A DNA stretch of 64,000 nucleotides from the human T2T-CHM13v2.0 reference genome, Homo sapiens. Under the pieces are notes generated by a model, which saw only the letters and a program-made list of their open reading frames with translations, was not told where the DNA came from and searched no databases. A program made the translations under genes and the position numbers. Where the stretch lies: the NCBI RefSeq assembly GCF_009914755.1, contig NC_060947.1; one strand, written 5' to 3'. Of this stretch, positions 15,621-32,643 are shown in pieces; the stretch's first letter is position 1, and each line of letters opens with the position of its first letter.

Positions 15621-15997
15621 ACTCTTTAAATATGCATGTGCTTCAGGCTTTCTAAGAACAACATTCTTTTTAAATCTGGCTGCACCAAAGGGCTATGGAA
15701 ACCTTGGCTGCAGACTGTTACCTCAGTTTAGAGGGAAGGCAGCTGGTCCACCTAAACTCACCTTTGCCAAGTAAAGATATCCTTTGTCCCATCCTAGCAG
15801 GAAAACTCTTAGAATGCTTTCTCCTCTATTTTAAGCTCCAGGACAGTAAAACGTGCTCTGATTGGTTGAAGGATGCTTTTCAGACTCCCTCACCCCTCCC
15901 CACCATTCATTCATCCTATACCTTCTGCATCTGGGTACCCTGCCAACTGCTGGGGGAGCTCTGCCGGTGGCCACACTGTTTCCTAGTGTGGTAGTGT

Positions 15998-16535
15998 GTA
16001 GTGTTCTGACTTGCTAAGTTGGAATCACATTTCCCAGGATTCCCTTCCCTGAAGGCTTTGGGTTAGAGTTGACCAAAAGAAGAATTTGCATAAGATATGG
16101 GAGGTGGAAGTGAAGTAGGAGCGGTTACTTTGCAACGGTTGTTGTGGTTAGGTATGGTAACAAACAGAGGTAGACGTGAAATCGGATCCCGCTTGTCCTC
16201 ACTCTCCCTCACTCTGTGTCCAGATCTTCTTTGTGAGTGCTGATCCTGTTGACCAACAGGAGCCCCAGGGCCACCACTGGACACTTGGCTGCAGGCCCAT
16301 AGAGGTAGGAACAGCTTCCCATAGGTCTCCCCAACCGGCTTCCCCTTCCACTTGCACAGTTGGATGTGCTGGGCTTCTCAGACTGATGGTGGGTGGCTCC
16401 TCCCATCTTCCAATTTCCTCCTGGACCTTCAATCCCCCATCCCTCTCACAATGGGGCCAGGACTAATTCCTATGATAAATCGCTTCCTCCACAGCTCATC
16501 GTGGTTCTGCTTCTGTGACTGAATTCAGATTAATA
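15998..16535 (+). mobile_element. ERVL LTR (LTR33-like)
   Basis: 'ttcccttccctg...gggttagagttgaccaaaagaagaatttgc' and 3' 'gtggttctgcttc'. Confidence 0.6.
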
Positions 16536-16797
16536 ACACTTACTGTTTCCAAACAACACAAGCACTGTTAGGAGAGCATCCTCAGCATGGAGAGAGGTTA
16601 GAGGGCCGCAGGGAGAAAACTCCATGGAAGTTGGATCGAAAAGTATCTGAGGACCCCAAGGAAATAGATGTTATATTTGTATCAGATCTCTCCCTACAGT
16701 TGCTGATAGCCCTCACCCTGCAAAGCCTTTCTTCAGATCCAAACAGTTAGCTCTTCTTTCTTCTTCCCTCTTGTGGCTTCCCCTCATCCTCATTCTG

Positions 16798-17093
16798 TTT
16801 GTTTGTTTGTTTGGAGATGAAGTTTCACTCTGTCACCCAGGCTGGAGTGCAATGTCATGATCTGGCTCACTGCAACCTCCACCTCCCAAGTTCAAGTGAT
16901 TTTCCTGCCTCAGCCTCCTGAGTAGCTGGGATTACAGGCGTGCACCACAATGCCCAGCTAATTTTTGTATTTTTAGTAGAGATGGAGCTTCACCATGTTG
17001 GCCAGGCTGGTCTAGAACTACTGACCTCAGGTTATCCACCTGCCTCACCTCCCAAAGTGCTGGGATTACAGGCGTGAGCCACCGAGCCTGGCT
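16798..17093 (-). mobile_element. Alu (AluS)
   Basis: Reverse dimer. Confidence 0.95.
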
Positions 17094-17113
17094 GTCCTCA
17101 TCCTCATCCTCAT

Positions 17114-17425
<312 letters not shown>

Positions 17426-18199
17426 CCTCATCCTTATTCTTATCTTGCATAGATGATTCCCCAAAAGAGACTGGGATTGGCCATCAAAGGTAAGCCACAC
17501 TGTAGAGGTAGGTTCCAAGTAGTGAATTAAAACAGAAAAAAAAAAACAAAAAAACCATACCCAAGTCCTGGGCACATTATTTCCTCCAGATTTATTCACT
17601 GGATCCATTAAAATGATGTCCCAACTTGATGGAGCACGAACAGGTCAACTCAAATAGAAAGTTTCTCTGAAACTAACTGAAGCCTGGTTCAGCTGTCAGG
17701 AAAAATCACCCACCTCTATTTGCACTTGTTTGCTCTTGTCAGTAATGGAAAAATCACTCTTGTGTCATTAAGGCCCAATGGTTTACAAGAGAGGCATATT
17801 TTGAAATTGCTTCTTGCTGTCATACCTTAGAATAACAGTGCATTTGATTATATTTCCAAGCTTCTTGTTTCACATCCCAAAGAAGAATCACTACCAATCT
17901 ACTCCCTCAGTTAATTCCTGCTTAGAGCAGGTAATTCTTTGTCATGAGCACAAGAAAGGTGAGAGGGTAGGTTTTGATTAATTATGACTATAAAACAAAG
18001 ATAATGAGGACAGAGTCACCAATACCACTACATAGGCTATTCTCATCACAGACCTAGTTGGGTCAGTAAATCAAGCCGTTTACCCTTGGATTATGGAGGT
18101 GTCTGTTATCCAAACACTTATTGGTGGCTTTCTAGGGTCTTCTCTACTTTTGAGAATCTCATGAACTAAAATGGTATCAGGGATTCGTATTGAAAGTTC

Positions 18200-18845
18200 T
18201 GTAGCACTGTGCAGTGACTATAGTTAAGAGAAGTTTACTGCATCTTTACAAATAGCTAGAAGAAAAACTTGCATGTTACCAACACAAAGAAATGATAAAT
18301 GTTTAAGTGATGGATTTGCTAATTACCCAATTTAATTATTACACATTGCACACATGTATTAAAATATCCCACTGTACCACACAAATACGTACAATTATTA
18401 TGTGTCAATTATAAATAATAATAATAAAAGATCATTTGCAGCAACATGGATGGAACTGGAGGTCGTTATCTTAAGTGAAACAAGCCAGGCAAAAAAAGAC
18501 AAATGTTGTACATTCTCACCTATATGTGGGAGCTGAAAAGTTTGATCACACAGAAGTGGAGAGTGGAAAGACAGATAACAGAGACTGGAAAGGGTGAGTG
18601 GTGGGAGAGGGAGGATGAAGAGAAGTGGGTTAAAGGGCACAAACATAGGGTTAGATTGAAGGAGTAAATTCAATGTTTAATAACAGAGTGGGGTGACTAT
18701 AGTCAACAGAAGTGTATTGTACTCAGGTGATGGACACACCAAATACCCTGACTTGACCAATATGCATTATATACATGTAACAAAATTTCACATGTACCCC
18801 ATAAATTTCTACAAATAAAAAAATTAATAATTTTAAAAGGGAAAA
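18200..18845 (+). mobile_element. Two tandem L1MA-like 3' ends
   Basis: The L1 3'-UTR block 'gtgactatagt...gtgatgga...tgtacc' occurs twice (to ~18415 and to ~18840); 'gcagcaacatggatggaactgg' present. Confidence 0.75.
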
Positions 18846-19734
18846 AAGAAAAAAAATGTGTTTTACTCTCTTCTACCACAAGGGGTGCTCCAGAGCTCTG
18901 AGAATCGCCCAGCTCCGTATAGTTGGAAATGGGTTGGCAGCAGCAGGTCTCAGCTACCTTGTATGGCACTTTGTGTGAATTAAAAAAAAAAAAAAAGGTA
19001 CTCCTCTGAGCTGAAGCAGCCCTACGTGGTGAGCCCTATGTAATCTCCCAGTCTGCAGGGAGCCTTTGCAGCCACTGATCCTCAGAGAAAACGGAGTTGT
19101 TGAGGAAGCAAACTGTGTTAGCCCCATCACAGGAGATACACACCTGAATTTGGAGGACAAGTATCTTCTCTGGCCAGGGGGTATTCTATGCCAGGAGGGA
19201 TGGTCAACTAGGCCTCAGCTCCAGAGCTGGTGAACCGTCCTCCTTTTCCACTAATTCCCCAGCAGCATTTTGTTTGCCTTTCTAGTACCTCATCTGTCTG
19301 TAGGGGGTGCCCTGAATCATGGACTTGGGCCCCATTTTAAGGGTCCTGCTTTGGCTCTCCTCCTCTGAGGAGTCCATGGGCCAAGGAGACAGGGTGCACA
19401 TATGGAGACCCCCATCCTCCTTCTAGAACACTCTGGAGTTCTCTGCCCAAATTCCTGAGCCTGCTTCCAGGGCCTGTTTGGCCTCTTCCTCATGGCCACC
19501 TTCTCAGGAGTAATCTCACTGCAGAGTTGCACATCTCTAGGCACAAGGGGTGGTCAAGCAAGGGATTGTAGCAGGAGGATGTGAGCAGAACCTGGATATC
19601 TAGGCTGGTTCCACCCTGTGGTGGGGAACAGAGAAGGGGCTCTGCTCCCCACCACCTTTCCTGCAAAGAACTCCAAGCCACTTGACCTCCTAGGTCATTA
19701 ACAAGATATGTTTGTCAAGTTAGGAAGATGGGAT

Positions 19735-19752
19735 GTGTGTGTGTGTGTGTGT

Positions 19753-19786
<34 letters not shown>
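19735..19786. repeat. (TG)n microsatellite
   Basis: Read directly. Confidence 0.95.
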
Positions 19787-19789
<3 letters not shown>

Positions 19790-20144
19790 CACACATATAT
19801 GTACAGTCTGTTAGCAAGATTTCAAACTTTTAAATATTTAGACCTATGATACATGGGCCTCCATTTATACTCTTGCTCTGACCCCACAAATGTTAGAGGC
19901 AAACCCAGCTAGGGATATTTGAAATCACTCTGGAAATGAATGACTTAGCATTTTCTGGTGATTTTAATTATACAGATAATTACAGGTAGATTGTCATTAA
20001 AAATCTGATGATCTCTGAATATATGAACAATATGATTTTCTGCATCAAAGTAGCTGAGGGCTAGATTCTGGACTAAGGTGAAATAATCTGCTCTACCCCT
20101 AGAGTACTTCTTGGTACAGAGTAGTTGCTTTAAAAATTATTGTC

Positions 20145-20455
20145 GGCCAGGCGTGGTGGCTCACACCTGTAATCCTAGCACTTTGGGAGGTCAAAATGGG
20201 CAGATCACCTGAGCTCAGGAGTTCAAGACCAGCCTGGCCAACATGGTGAAACCACATCTCTACTAAAAATACAAAAATTAGCCAGGCGTGGTGGCATGCA
20301 CCTATAATCCCAGCTACTCAGGAGGCTGAGGCAGGAGAATCACTTGAACCCAGGAGGCGGAGATTGCAGTGAGCCGAGATCATGCCACTGTACTCCAGCC
20401 TGGACAACAGAGCAAGACTCTGTCTCAAAAAAAAGAATAAAATAAAAATAAAAAT
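20145..20455 (+). mobile_element. Alu (AluS)
   Basis: Full dimer; TSD about aaaaattat(t/c)gt. Confidence 0.95.
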
Positions 20456-20960
20456 TATCGTTATGTGAATAAATGAATCCTGGAAGCATTTTGTAACTGC
20501 TTCTCATCATTTGCCGTGTGTTTGCTGATTAACTGGGCTGCAGAAACTCCTCTTTGACTGATGACGTTATCCAAGGCTGCTCTGGGGATGTTAGCCCTGA
20601 GATGAAATAAAGGAACAGATGAGGAGATGGTAGGCTCCATGGGCCTGGAGGAAAGTGACTACTGATGACTCCCTACCTTTTTGCTTTTTTGGATTTCCTA
20701 AAATTAACTATCAACAGTTCTGAAGAAGGAATGCAAAGTATGGATTTTGCATTTCCAAAGTAGGGACTAGAATCATAGTCCATCCACGTGATGCCAAGAC
20801 ATACACAAGTTCAAAAGCAGAATGTAGGTATTTTTGCATATCGCTGTTTCTGTTGGATTTATCAAACATCTACTGTGTGTCAAGCCTGAAGCCAGGTGAA
20901 AAATGAAGACAATTACGACAGTATCCACCTTCATGGAATTATAAATCAGTATATGAGTTC

Positions 20961-21319
20961 TATATTAGTCTGTTCTCACACTGCTGATAAAAACATACCT
21001 GAGACTGGGTAATTTGTAAAGAAAAAGAGGTTTAATGGACTCACGTGGAACGTGACTGGGGAGGCCTCACAATCATAGTGGAAGGAGAAAGGCACGTCTT
21101 ACATGGCAGCAGACAAGAGAATGAGAGCCAAGCGAAAAGGGAAACGCCTTATAAAACCATCAGATCTCATGAGACTTATTCACTACCATGAGAACTGTAT
21201 GGGGGAAACAGCCCCCATGATTCAATTACCTCCCACCAGGTCCCTCTCACAACACCTGGGAATTATAGGAGCTAAAATTCAAGATGAGATTTGGGTGGGA
21301 ACACAGCCAAACCATATCA
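20961..21319 (-). mobile_element. THE1 solo LTR
   Basis: tatattagtc...acagccaaaccatatca; 5-bp TSD agttc. Confidence 0.9.
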
Positions 21320-21329
21320 AGTTCTGTTA

Positions 21330-21592
21330 AATTGAATATCTCCCTGACTTAAATGATCAATTTCATGCCCCAACTCCAAAGCATCACTCTCTTTTCCCCC
21401 TTACCCTGCTTTACTTTGTTTTAGAATACCAATTACAAAGGAATATTAATACATTATGTTTATTGGTTTATTGTCTGTCTCTCCCAACAGAATGTAAGGG
21501 CAGGGACTTTGCCTCACTGCTGATATCCCCAGTGCCTAGAACAGTGCTTGGCACATATTAAGTGCTCAATAAACATTTTGTGAATGAACAAA
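21330..21592 (+). mobile_element. L2 3' end
   Basis: 'ccccagtgcctagaacagtgcttggcacata...gtgctcaataaacatttt'. Confidence 0.75.
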
Positions 21593-22584
21593 TGATTTTG
21601 GCATTGAAATTGCCCTATTTTCTTCTTCTTCAACATGGCTTTGAGTGGATAGGAGAATAATGCAAAGAAAAACAATCTGATTTCACAACAAGAGATACTC
21701 CTGAAAGAACTATTGGCAGATAAATAATGCTAAAGATAGAGATAGGATCTGGAGAACAACTAGTGTCAAAGAAAAATATATGCGTTGAAAAATTGTAGGG
21801 AACAACAACGTTCGGAATTTATTAGTTTTCTTTTTAGACACACAGTAGTTTTATTTGCAGTAACTTGGTGAAACAACCCAGTTCCAAGCAAATAAATGTC
21901 TTTAAAGTTTGTTGATCCATTAGGCCATTAACAAAACTTCTCTGAGCTGTTGGAGTGATAAGCCAAGCGACTCAGACATTGTTTTCTTTCCCCTACCTCA
22001 CAACAATTATTTTAATGGATCACTGGCACTTTGCAGACATTTTTCTTACTAATAGAAAAACTCACTTTCTGCTTGGTGTGAAACTGAGTTAGAAGAAAAC
22101 TGAGCATAATATATTTTGTAGTTGCTTTTACATCTTTCTCGTGACTTTTTGCCATTTGCCAGCAACCCTTGCATGATGCAAGATATCTGTGCTTGACCTG
22201 AGAGCCTAACCCATTGTATCTTCCCACCTTCCCCTTTCCTCTTCTCCATTCTCCCATCTACCAAGGCAAAAGAGAGTCTTTACCTTCAAATGTGAATCCT
22301 GAAGAAATTGTTGTGTTGGAGGGGCCGCAAGTTAAGGATTTCTAAGAACTTCACCTCCAGATGTTCATGACTGTGGACAATGCAACTGCATCAATTTGTG
22401 ATTAGAAGAGAAACACACTTAGACATCCAGTGCCATCTATAAGAAACAGGCCCCCACCAGACACTAAATCTGCTGACATCTTGATCTCAAACTTCCTGGC
22501 CTCCCAAACTGTGAGCAATAAATTTCTGTTATTTATAAATTACCCAGTCTAAGGTACTTTGTTATAGCAGCCGGGACTGAGACA

Positions 22585-24154
<1,570 letters not shown>

Positions 24155-24980
24155 GCTTTCTGCCTTTTTCCAGCTTTTAAGATATTGAAGGGAGGACGTG
24201 ATGGGTCTTCCAGTATGAAATTCTGGATTTCCCTGGGTCTTCTGTTAGGAGTGGAATCAACTGTGCTGACAACACAGGAGCTGAAAAATCTGTGTATTTT
24301 CTCAGTGAAGGGAATCAAGGGATGGCTGAACAGACTCTCCGCTGCTGGTGTGGGTGATGTGGTGATGGCTACAGTTAAGAAAGGCAAACCACAGCTTAGA
24401 AAGAAGGTACACCCAGCAGTGATAATTTTTTTTGTGTGTGTCATGGAATTTCACTTTTGTTGCCCAGGCTGGAGTGCAATGGTGCGATCTCAGCTCACTT
24501 GCCACCTCCGCCTCCTGGGTTCAAGCGATTCTCCTGCTTCAGGCTCCTGAGTAGCTGAGATCACAGGTGCCCACCACCACGACCAGCTAACTTTTGTACT
24601 TTAGTAGAGACGGGGTTTCACCATATTGGTTAGGCTGGCCTTGAACTCCAGACCTCAGGCGATCCACCCACCTCAGCCTCCCAAAGTGCTGGGATTACAG
24701 GCGTGAGCCACTGCGCCTGGTCTAGCAGTGGTAATTTGACAATGAAAGTCTTACCAGATAAAAGATGAAATGCTTCTTTATTTTGAAGATAATGTGGAAG
24801 TTATAGGAAATAATAAAGGTAAGATAAAAATTTCTGCTATCACAGGACAGATTGTGAAGGAGGGTGCAGAATTGTGCCCCAGTATTAGATACAGCTCTGG
24901 TAGCATTGCATGACTCTCAAGTGTATTTGTCAAAAAAAAAAATTAAAAATTATTTGCTCCCTCCCCTCCAATAAAAGAAG
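24155..24980 (+). pseudogene. RPL23: Processed pseudogene of ribosomal protein L23 (uL14), Alu-interrupted
   Basis: Intronless. Start mutated to ATA (24182). Translates ...[40 protein letters not shown][Alu]...[16 protein letters not shown]...GSIA* (TGA 24911-24913). Frameshifts and stops, pyrimidine-rich leader, A-rich tail. Confidence 0.92.
24428..24722 (-). mobile_element. Alu (AluS) inside the RPL23 pseudogene
   Basis: TSD agcagtg(a/g)taatt. Confidence 0.95.
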
Positions 24981-25406
24981 AAGAAGAAGAAGATATACAA
25001 GAGATGGTCAAGAGATTTCTGGTTCCAGCTCACACATGTAAAGAGTTTGGAAGTTGTCACTACCATCCTTATATCAAGAAAAAGATGGACAAACTGAATG
25101 AAAATTAATGACTTTTCTTAGACTCATAAGATAACTGAGATAGCAGGGCAAACTGCCATCCCCAAATCTAGAGAGACAGGCATATACAGAGAATCACAGT
25201 CCGGATCTGCCTACCTGGAGCAGAAGCTGCTGGGGCCATAAACTGGTACGGACACTTAGATGGTAACTTTGATTAATAGCTGGAGGCTGAATGTGGATTA
25301 GCATGAGAGTAAGAGACTCCTAGAGGCTGGTATCATGGGAGGGACCGCACATTTTGGTGGGCTTAAGCCCACCAGATTCTCACTGTGAGGATCTGAGGAA
25401 GATCTT

Positions 25407-25776
25407 CGTATTAGTCTGTCCTCACGCTGCTGATAAAGACATAACTGAGACTGAGTAATTTATAAAAGAAGGCGGTTTAATTGACTCATAGTTTCACATG
25501 GCTGGGTAGGCCTCACAATCATGGCAGAAGGTGACAGAGGAGCAAAGTCACATCTTACGTGGTGGCAGGCAAGAGAGAATGAGAACCAAGCAAAAGGGGT
25601 TTCCCCTTATAAAACCATCAGATCTTGTGAGACTTATTCACTACCATGAGAACAGTATGGGGGAAATCACCCCCACGATTCAATTCTCTCCCACCAGGTC
25701 CCTCTCACAACACGTTGGAATGATGGGAGCTACAATTTAAGATGAGATTTGGTGGGGACACAGCCAAATGGTATCA
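25407..25776 (-). mobile_element. THE1 solo LTR
   Basis: cgtattagtc...acagccaaatggtatca; 5-bp TSD atctt. Confidence 0.9.
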
Positions 25777-25866
25777 ATCTTCTAGGGGGACCTGCCAGGA
25801 AAAGAGGAAGAGTAGCCAATTGGGAAACATTTCCAGAATCTTCTCCATCACAAAAGTCCACTCTCC

Positions 25867-26164
<298 letters not shown>

Positions 26165-26828
26165 GTCTAGTCTCCAGGGGGAAAGACCGTCAGACTGTCA
26201 GAGGGCAAGACTTCGTCAAAAGGAGATACTGAAACATTATTCTATTTGAGGGAAGGGAATTTCAGCCCTCTCCAGTCTTCCTGTCTCACCTAAGGAAAAA
26301 TGAAAATAACCATAGTCAACAGGGTGCAACATCTTGAGAAAATGCATTGGAAGTGCTGCAGTCAGGGAAAGGAGCAGGAGGATACTATCAAAAGGTGTAA
26401 TATATGCATAATTGGAATACCAGTAGAAGAAAGAGAAAATAGGGTAGAAAAAAATATTCGAAGTAATGATATGGCCATGAACTTTCCAAATAATATATCA
26501 TTAAGATGATAGACACAAAACCACAGATCCAGGCAGCTCAGAGAACACCAAGCAGGATATATACCAAAACCAAACCAAAACAAAAAACAGGGATATCATA
26601 TTCCAACTGTAGAAAATCAAGACAAAGTGAAAATCTTGAAGGAAGTTGGAGGATGAAGAAAAACTTTACTTATAGAAGAATGAGGATAAGAATTCTAGTA
26701 GACTTCTCATCAGAAACTAGGCGAGCAAGAGGACAGTGGAGTGAAATCTGTAAAGTGTTGAAAGAAAAAAACCTGCCAACCTAGAATTCCATATCCAGGG
26801 AAATTATCCTTCCAAAGAGAAAGAGGAA

Positions 26829-27430
26829 GATGTGTTTAAAAGCAATTTGTGGAATTTAAGAACTATAACAGATTCTTGTTTAATTGTTTAAAATAAAAGC
26901 AAGATGAGAATTGAAAATCTGAAAGCAATTCTTGGCAATGATCAGAAATATTCTTGACTTCACTTATTCTGATTTTGATGACATATAAAGCCCAGAGAAC
27001 AAAGAATGTTGTGTGGAAAAATATGTAGACCGATCTTTGTTTTAATTCCCATTATTGTGGATATGTAATAAATCTTTTTATGTTTTTCAAGTTTAATTGT
27101 GTGTAATTTGTTGTTTTCATTTTTATCATCTTTTGTGGAATTTTGAAATATCAATACAAAAAACGTTATGCCATCTATGAAAGTTTTTCATTGTTTCTAA
27201 TGCTATTTAGATCCTGTCCATCTATTTAATATCAAAAGACTGAATCCTGTTTAACGATTGCTAAATTTTTCAGTGTTTTAGATAATTACCATTTTTGAGT
27301 GATTAATCTCCTGTAGGAAATGAAATACTGTTTACAATACAGTCACTCTTTTCTTTTAAAATGCTGATTTGAAATAACTTCTCATTATATGTATGGTCTT
27401 AAAAAATAAAGCGGCCAAAGCACAAAAAAA
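26829..27430 (+). pseudogene. Unidentified retroposed AT-rich polyadenylated insert (3'-UTR-like)
   Basis: Interrupts L1 ORF1. AATAAA at 27405-27410, then 13 nt, then an A run. Flanking 15-bp repeats match at 13/15. Confidence 0.6.
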
Positions 27431-27903
27431 TAGTGAAAGAGGAATAAAGACTTTTCTCAGGCAAACAAAAACTGAGAGAATTCATTGCCAGCAGGCTTCC
27501 GCAAATGTTTAAAGAAGTTCTTTAGGTAGAAGGAAAATGATATAAATCAGAAATTAGGATCTACATAAAGAAAAGGAGCACGTCAGAGAAGAGATAAATG
27601 AAGGTAAAATAAAATCTTCTATTTTTCTTATTCTTAATTGACCTAAAAGATAACTGTTTAAAGCAAAATAGTAAAAATGTATTGGCTGATTATAGCATAT
27701 GGCATATGGATAAGTGAAATGAATGACAGTAACGTCACAAGGGATGGGAGGGAGGAATTGGGAATAGTCAGTTAAAAGGTACCTGCACTATGGTGCTAAT
27801 TTAGAAGTGGACTCAGATTATTTTTTAAATGTATATTGTAAACCACAGGGCAACTAAAAAGAGGCATATATAATATGCTAAGAGATGAGATAAAATGGAG
27901 TCA

Positions 27904-28662
<759 letters not shown>

Positions 28663-28864
28663 GCAGGCGATTGTAAAACAAACTCTCAATGTGCTTGAAC
28701 TACTAATAACTAATTGAGCAAACTTGTCTTAGTGGTAGGAATTATTCAATAAGTAGTTAGGGACTAAGGGAAATGAAATATAAGTTGTCTTTACTATTGA
28801 AGGAACGAGGAGGGCAATATGATGAAGCAACAATTGATGACTGCTTGAACTAAAATAACTTTCT

Positions 28865-29150
28865 GGCCAGGTGCAGTGGCTCATGCCTGTAATCCCAACA
28901 GTTTCAGTATTAAACTCCTTGAGGCCAGGAGTTTGAGACCAGCCTGGGCAACAAAAGTGAGGCCCCCATCTCTGTGAAAAATTTAAAAATTAGCCAGGCA
29001 CGGTGGCACACACCTGTGGTTCTAGTCAATCAGGACGCTGAGGTGGGAGGATCACTTGAGCCCAGGAAGTCGAGGCTGTAGTGCGCTATGATTGCATCAC
29101 TGCAGTCCAGTCTGGGTGATGGAGTGAGCGTTGTCTCCAAAACAACAAAA
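28865..29150 (+). mobile_element. Alu (AluJ), left arm disrupted
   Basis: J-type dimer. Confidence 0.88.
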
Positions 29151-29155
29151 ATTGA

Positions 29156-29583
<428 letters not shown>

Positions 29584-30305
29584 TGAGTAGGGAAGGTGTG
29601 TCTGTGAGATTGGGGTCTGGGAGTGCCAAGTGCTGGCTGGTTCTAGGGAAAGCTTCTTTGGGTTACCCTCCTCGGTCCCAGGGTCCAAGGTCCTGTCTTC
29701 AGTGTTGTGGGTATTGACTGGATTTCCTTAGGACACCCAGAGATGGTCTCTTGAGTTTCAGGAGAGTTGCGTGTCTTCTCTTATTACCCAGAATCTTTGT
29801 GGGATGCTGAGAGCATATCCAGGCCCTCTCACTGCTGGCCTCTTTTCAGCTAGCAGACAATCCTCTCTCCACAGCTACATATAAACAACACTACCTCGTT
29901 GGGCTCAGAATCTTTGGATGGCCACAAAGCCGATCTTCATACCCACAGACAATCAGGCTCAAAGGCCAGATTCATGCTAACAAACGCACATGGATATTGA
30001 AACCAGAGTGCTACTTTACTGCTTTGCCATGAGAAATACACCTGGCAGATGTGCCAGAATATAATCCAGTTGGCTGGTTTTCCCCCAGTTTAGGGGAAAA
30101 AAAATCTAGTTTACCAGAAGCAAGATTGCTTGACGAGTAGAAAATCATTGCAAGGGAAGTTGTTTTTGCTCACTGTCTTATCCCTAGGGCCTTGAATAGT
30201 GCCAGAAAATAGTAGGCACTCAATAAACATTTGTTAAATGAATGATTTTCGTCAACGTTTTCATGTGTTTAACTGTTACTGCTATTGAGAGAAGATACTC
30301 ATTTA

Positions 30306-30701
<396 letters not shown>

Positions 30702-31060
30702 TTACTTTTTGAGTTTCCATTTCTTCATAAATAAAGTATAATTTATAGAATTAGGTCTACTGAATACAATAGAAAAAATAAAAAACAGTGGCTTTAAATA
30801 TGACAGATGTTTACTTTTCTCTCATGTAGAAGTCTGGGGGTAGACAGCTCAGGGATGGTATGGTGACTTAATGGATGTTAGGGACCCAGGCTCTTATTCT
30901 GTTCCACCATCTCACTGTGGGGACTTTCATTTCCACAGTTATCTCGTGATACAAGACGGCTGCTGGAGCTTAAACCATCACATCTGTGTTGCAGGAAGAA
31001 AGAGAAAAGAGAAAAAGCAGAAAGGCAAAAAAGAGTCCCCTTTCAGATCTACCAGAATAC

Positions 31061-31758
31061 TTTTTTTTTTTTTTTTTAACTTTTAGGTTCAGGTACATGT
31101 GCAGATTTGTTATATGGGTAAGTAGCATGTCACGGGGGCTTGGTGTACAGATTATTTCATCATCCAGGTAATAAGCATAGTACTTCATAGGTAGTTTTTG
31201 ATCCTCACCCTCTACCACACCCCACCCTCAGTTGGTGCCAGTAACTGTTGTTCCCTTCTTTGTGTCCATTTGTACTCAATGTTTACCTCCCACTTATAAG
31301 TGAGAACATGTGGTATTTGGTTTTCTGTTCCTATGTTAGTTCGCTTAGGATAATGGCTTCCAACTCCATCCATGTTGCTGCAGACGTGATCTCATTCTTT
31401 TTTTTTTTTTTTTTTTTGAGACAGAGTCGTGCTCTGTCGCCCAGGCTGGAGTGCAGTGGTGCGATCTCGGCTCACTGCAACCTCTGCCTCCTGGGTTGAA
31501 GTGACTCTCCTGGTTCAGCCTCCTGAGTAGCTAGGATTATAGGTGCCCGCCACCATGCCTGGCTAATTTTTGTATTTTTAGTAGAGATGGGGTTTTGCCA
31601 TGTTGGCCAGGCTGATCTCGAACTCCTGACCTCAGGTGATCTGCCCACCCAGAGTGGCCTCCCAAAGTGTTTGGAATACAGGCGTGAGCCACTGCACCTG
31701 GTTTCTTTTTTATGGCTGTAAATTAGTTCCACCATTGTGGAAGACAGTGTGGTGATTC
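31061..31758 (-). mobile_element. Primate L1 (L1PA/PB-age) 3' end with nested Alu and a short inverted segment
   Basis: Poly-T then 'aggtacatgtgcagatttgttatatgggtaa...cccacttataagtgagaacatg'. Confidence 0.85.
31398..31701 (-). mobile_element. Alu (AluS)
   Basis: Reverse dimer; TSD ttctttttt. Confidence 0.95.
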
Positions 31759-32643
31759 ACATAAAAGTAGAAGTCTAAGAATCAAACCCTAAGTCTGACT
31801 CTACCTGAGTCTTTAATCCTTCCAATATAATATTAAAGAGGACAAATTATAAACAAAAAGAGTCTATAATTCTATCATCCTGGCAAAATATACTCCATTT
31901 TGCATATTGCTTTCAGGTAAATAACTGTTTGATATATCATTGCAAATAAGTGTGGGTATGTATCACTTTGCCCTCTGTGGTTTTCACTTTCTGAAATATC
32001 ATAAACATTTTTCATATTTTGAGTCTTTCTAATCATTTTATCTTTTTGATGTCACAACATTAAACCTTTGTTATGATGTGGACTTTTAGGTCCCAACTTT
32101 TTGCTAATGGAAAACAGCAGCCATTAACGTCTTTGCATTTTTTGTTTCTATTATTTCTTATTAAACTTTTACCTGTGGAAATAAAGGGTTGAAAGATACA
32201 AGTATGTTTACGGTACTTGTCACATATTGCAATATTATTTTCCAAAAGATTGTGCCAACTTACACTGCCACCTGTAATAAATGAGTTGTGCCTCAACACT
32301 GTAAGCTTACCAGCAATGGATAACATTTATATATAGAGAAATGTACAGATAAAAAGGGGGAAAATGGTGGAACATAGTATCTCAGTCTCAGTTTGCTTTA
32401 CTTTGTTTATAAGTTAAAAAAAAACCTTTAAACTTGCAAAACTGGTCCTGGACAGGAGAGAGGAAGTTTAAGACAAATTATGATTTTTTTGCATGATTAG
32501 ATAACAGAGGTAGGTTTACAGTAAAGCTGCTGAAACTTAATCTCCAGGGCCTCTCATTTGCATATTGGCCACTTGCAAGGCTCTGGGAGATGTTCTAGCA
32601 ATGGTTTTATGTTTTTGTAAACATTTGCAAAAGTAAGATATTT

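Noticed and set aside
24185-24550. 121-aa ORF as a functional RPL23 paralogue
   Set aside because: ATG lost, frameshifts, Alu interruption and in-frame stops in the 3' half.
26300-26784. ORFs with protein-like composition
   Set aside because: Decayed L1 ORF1 fragments.
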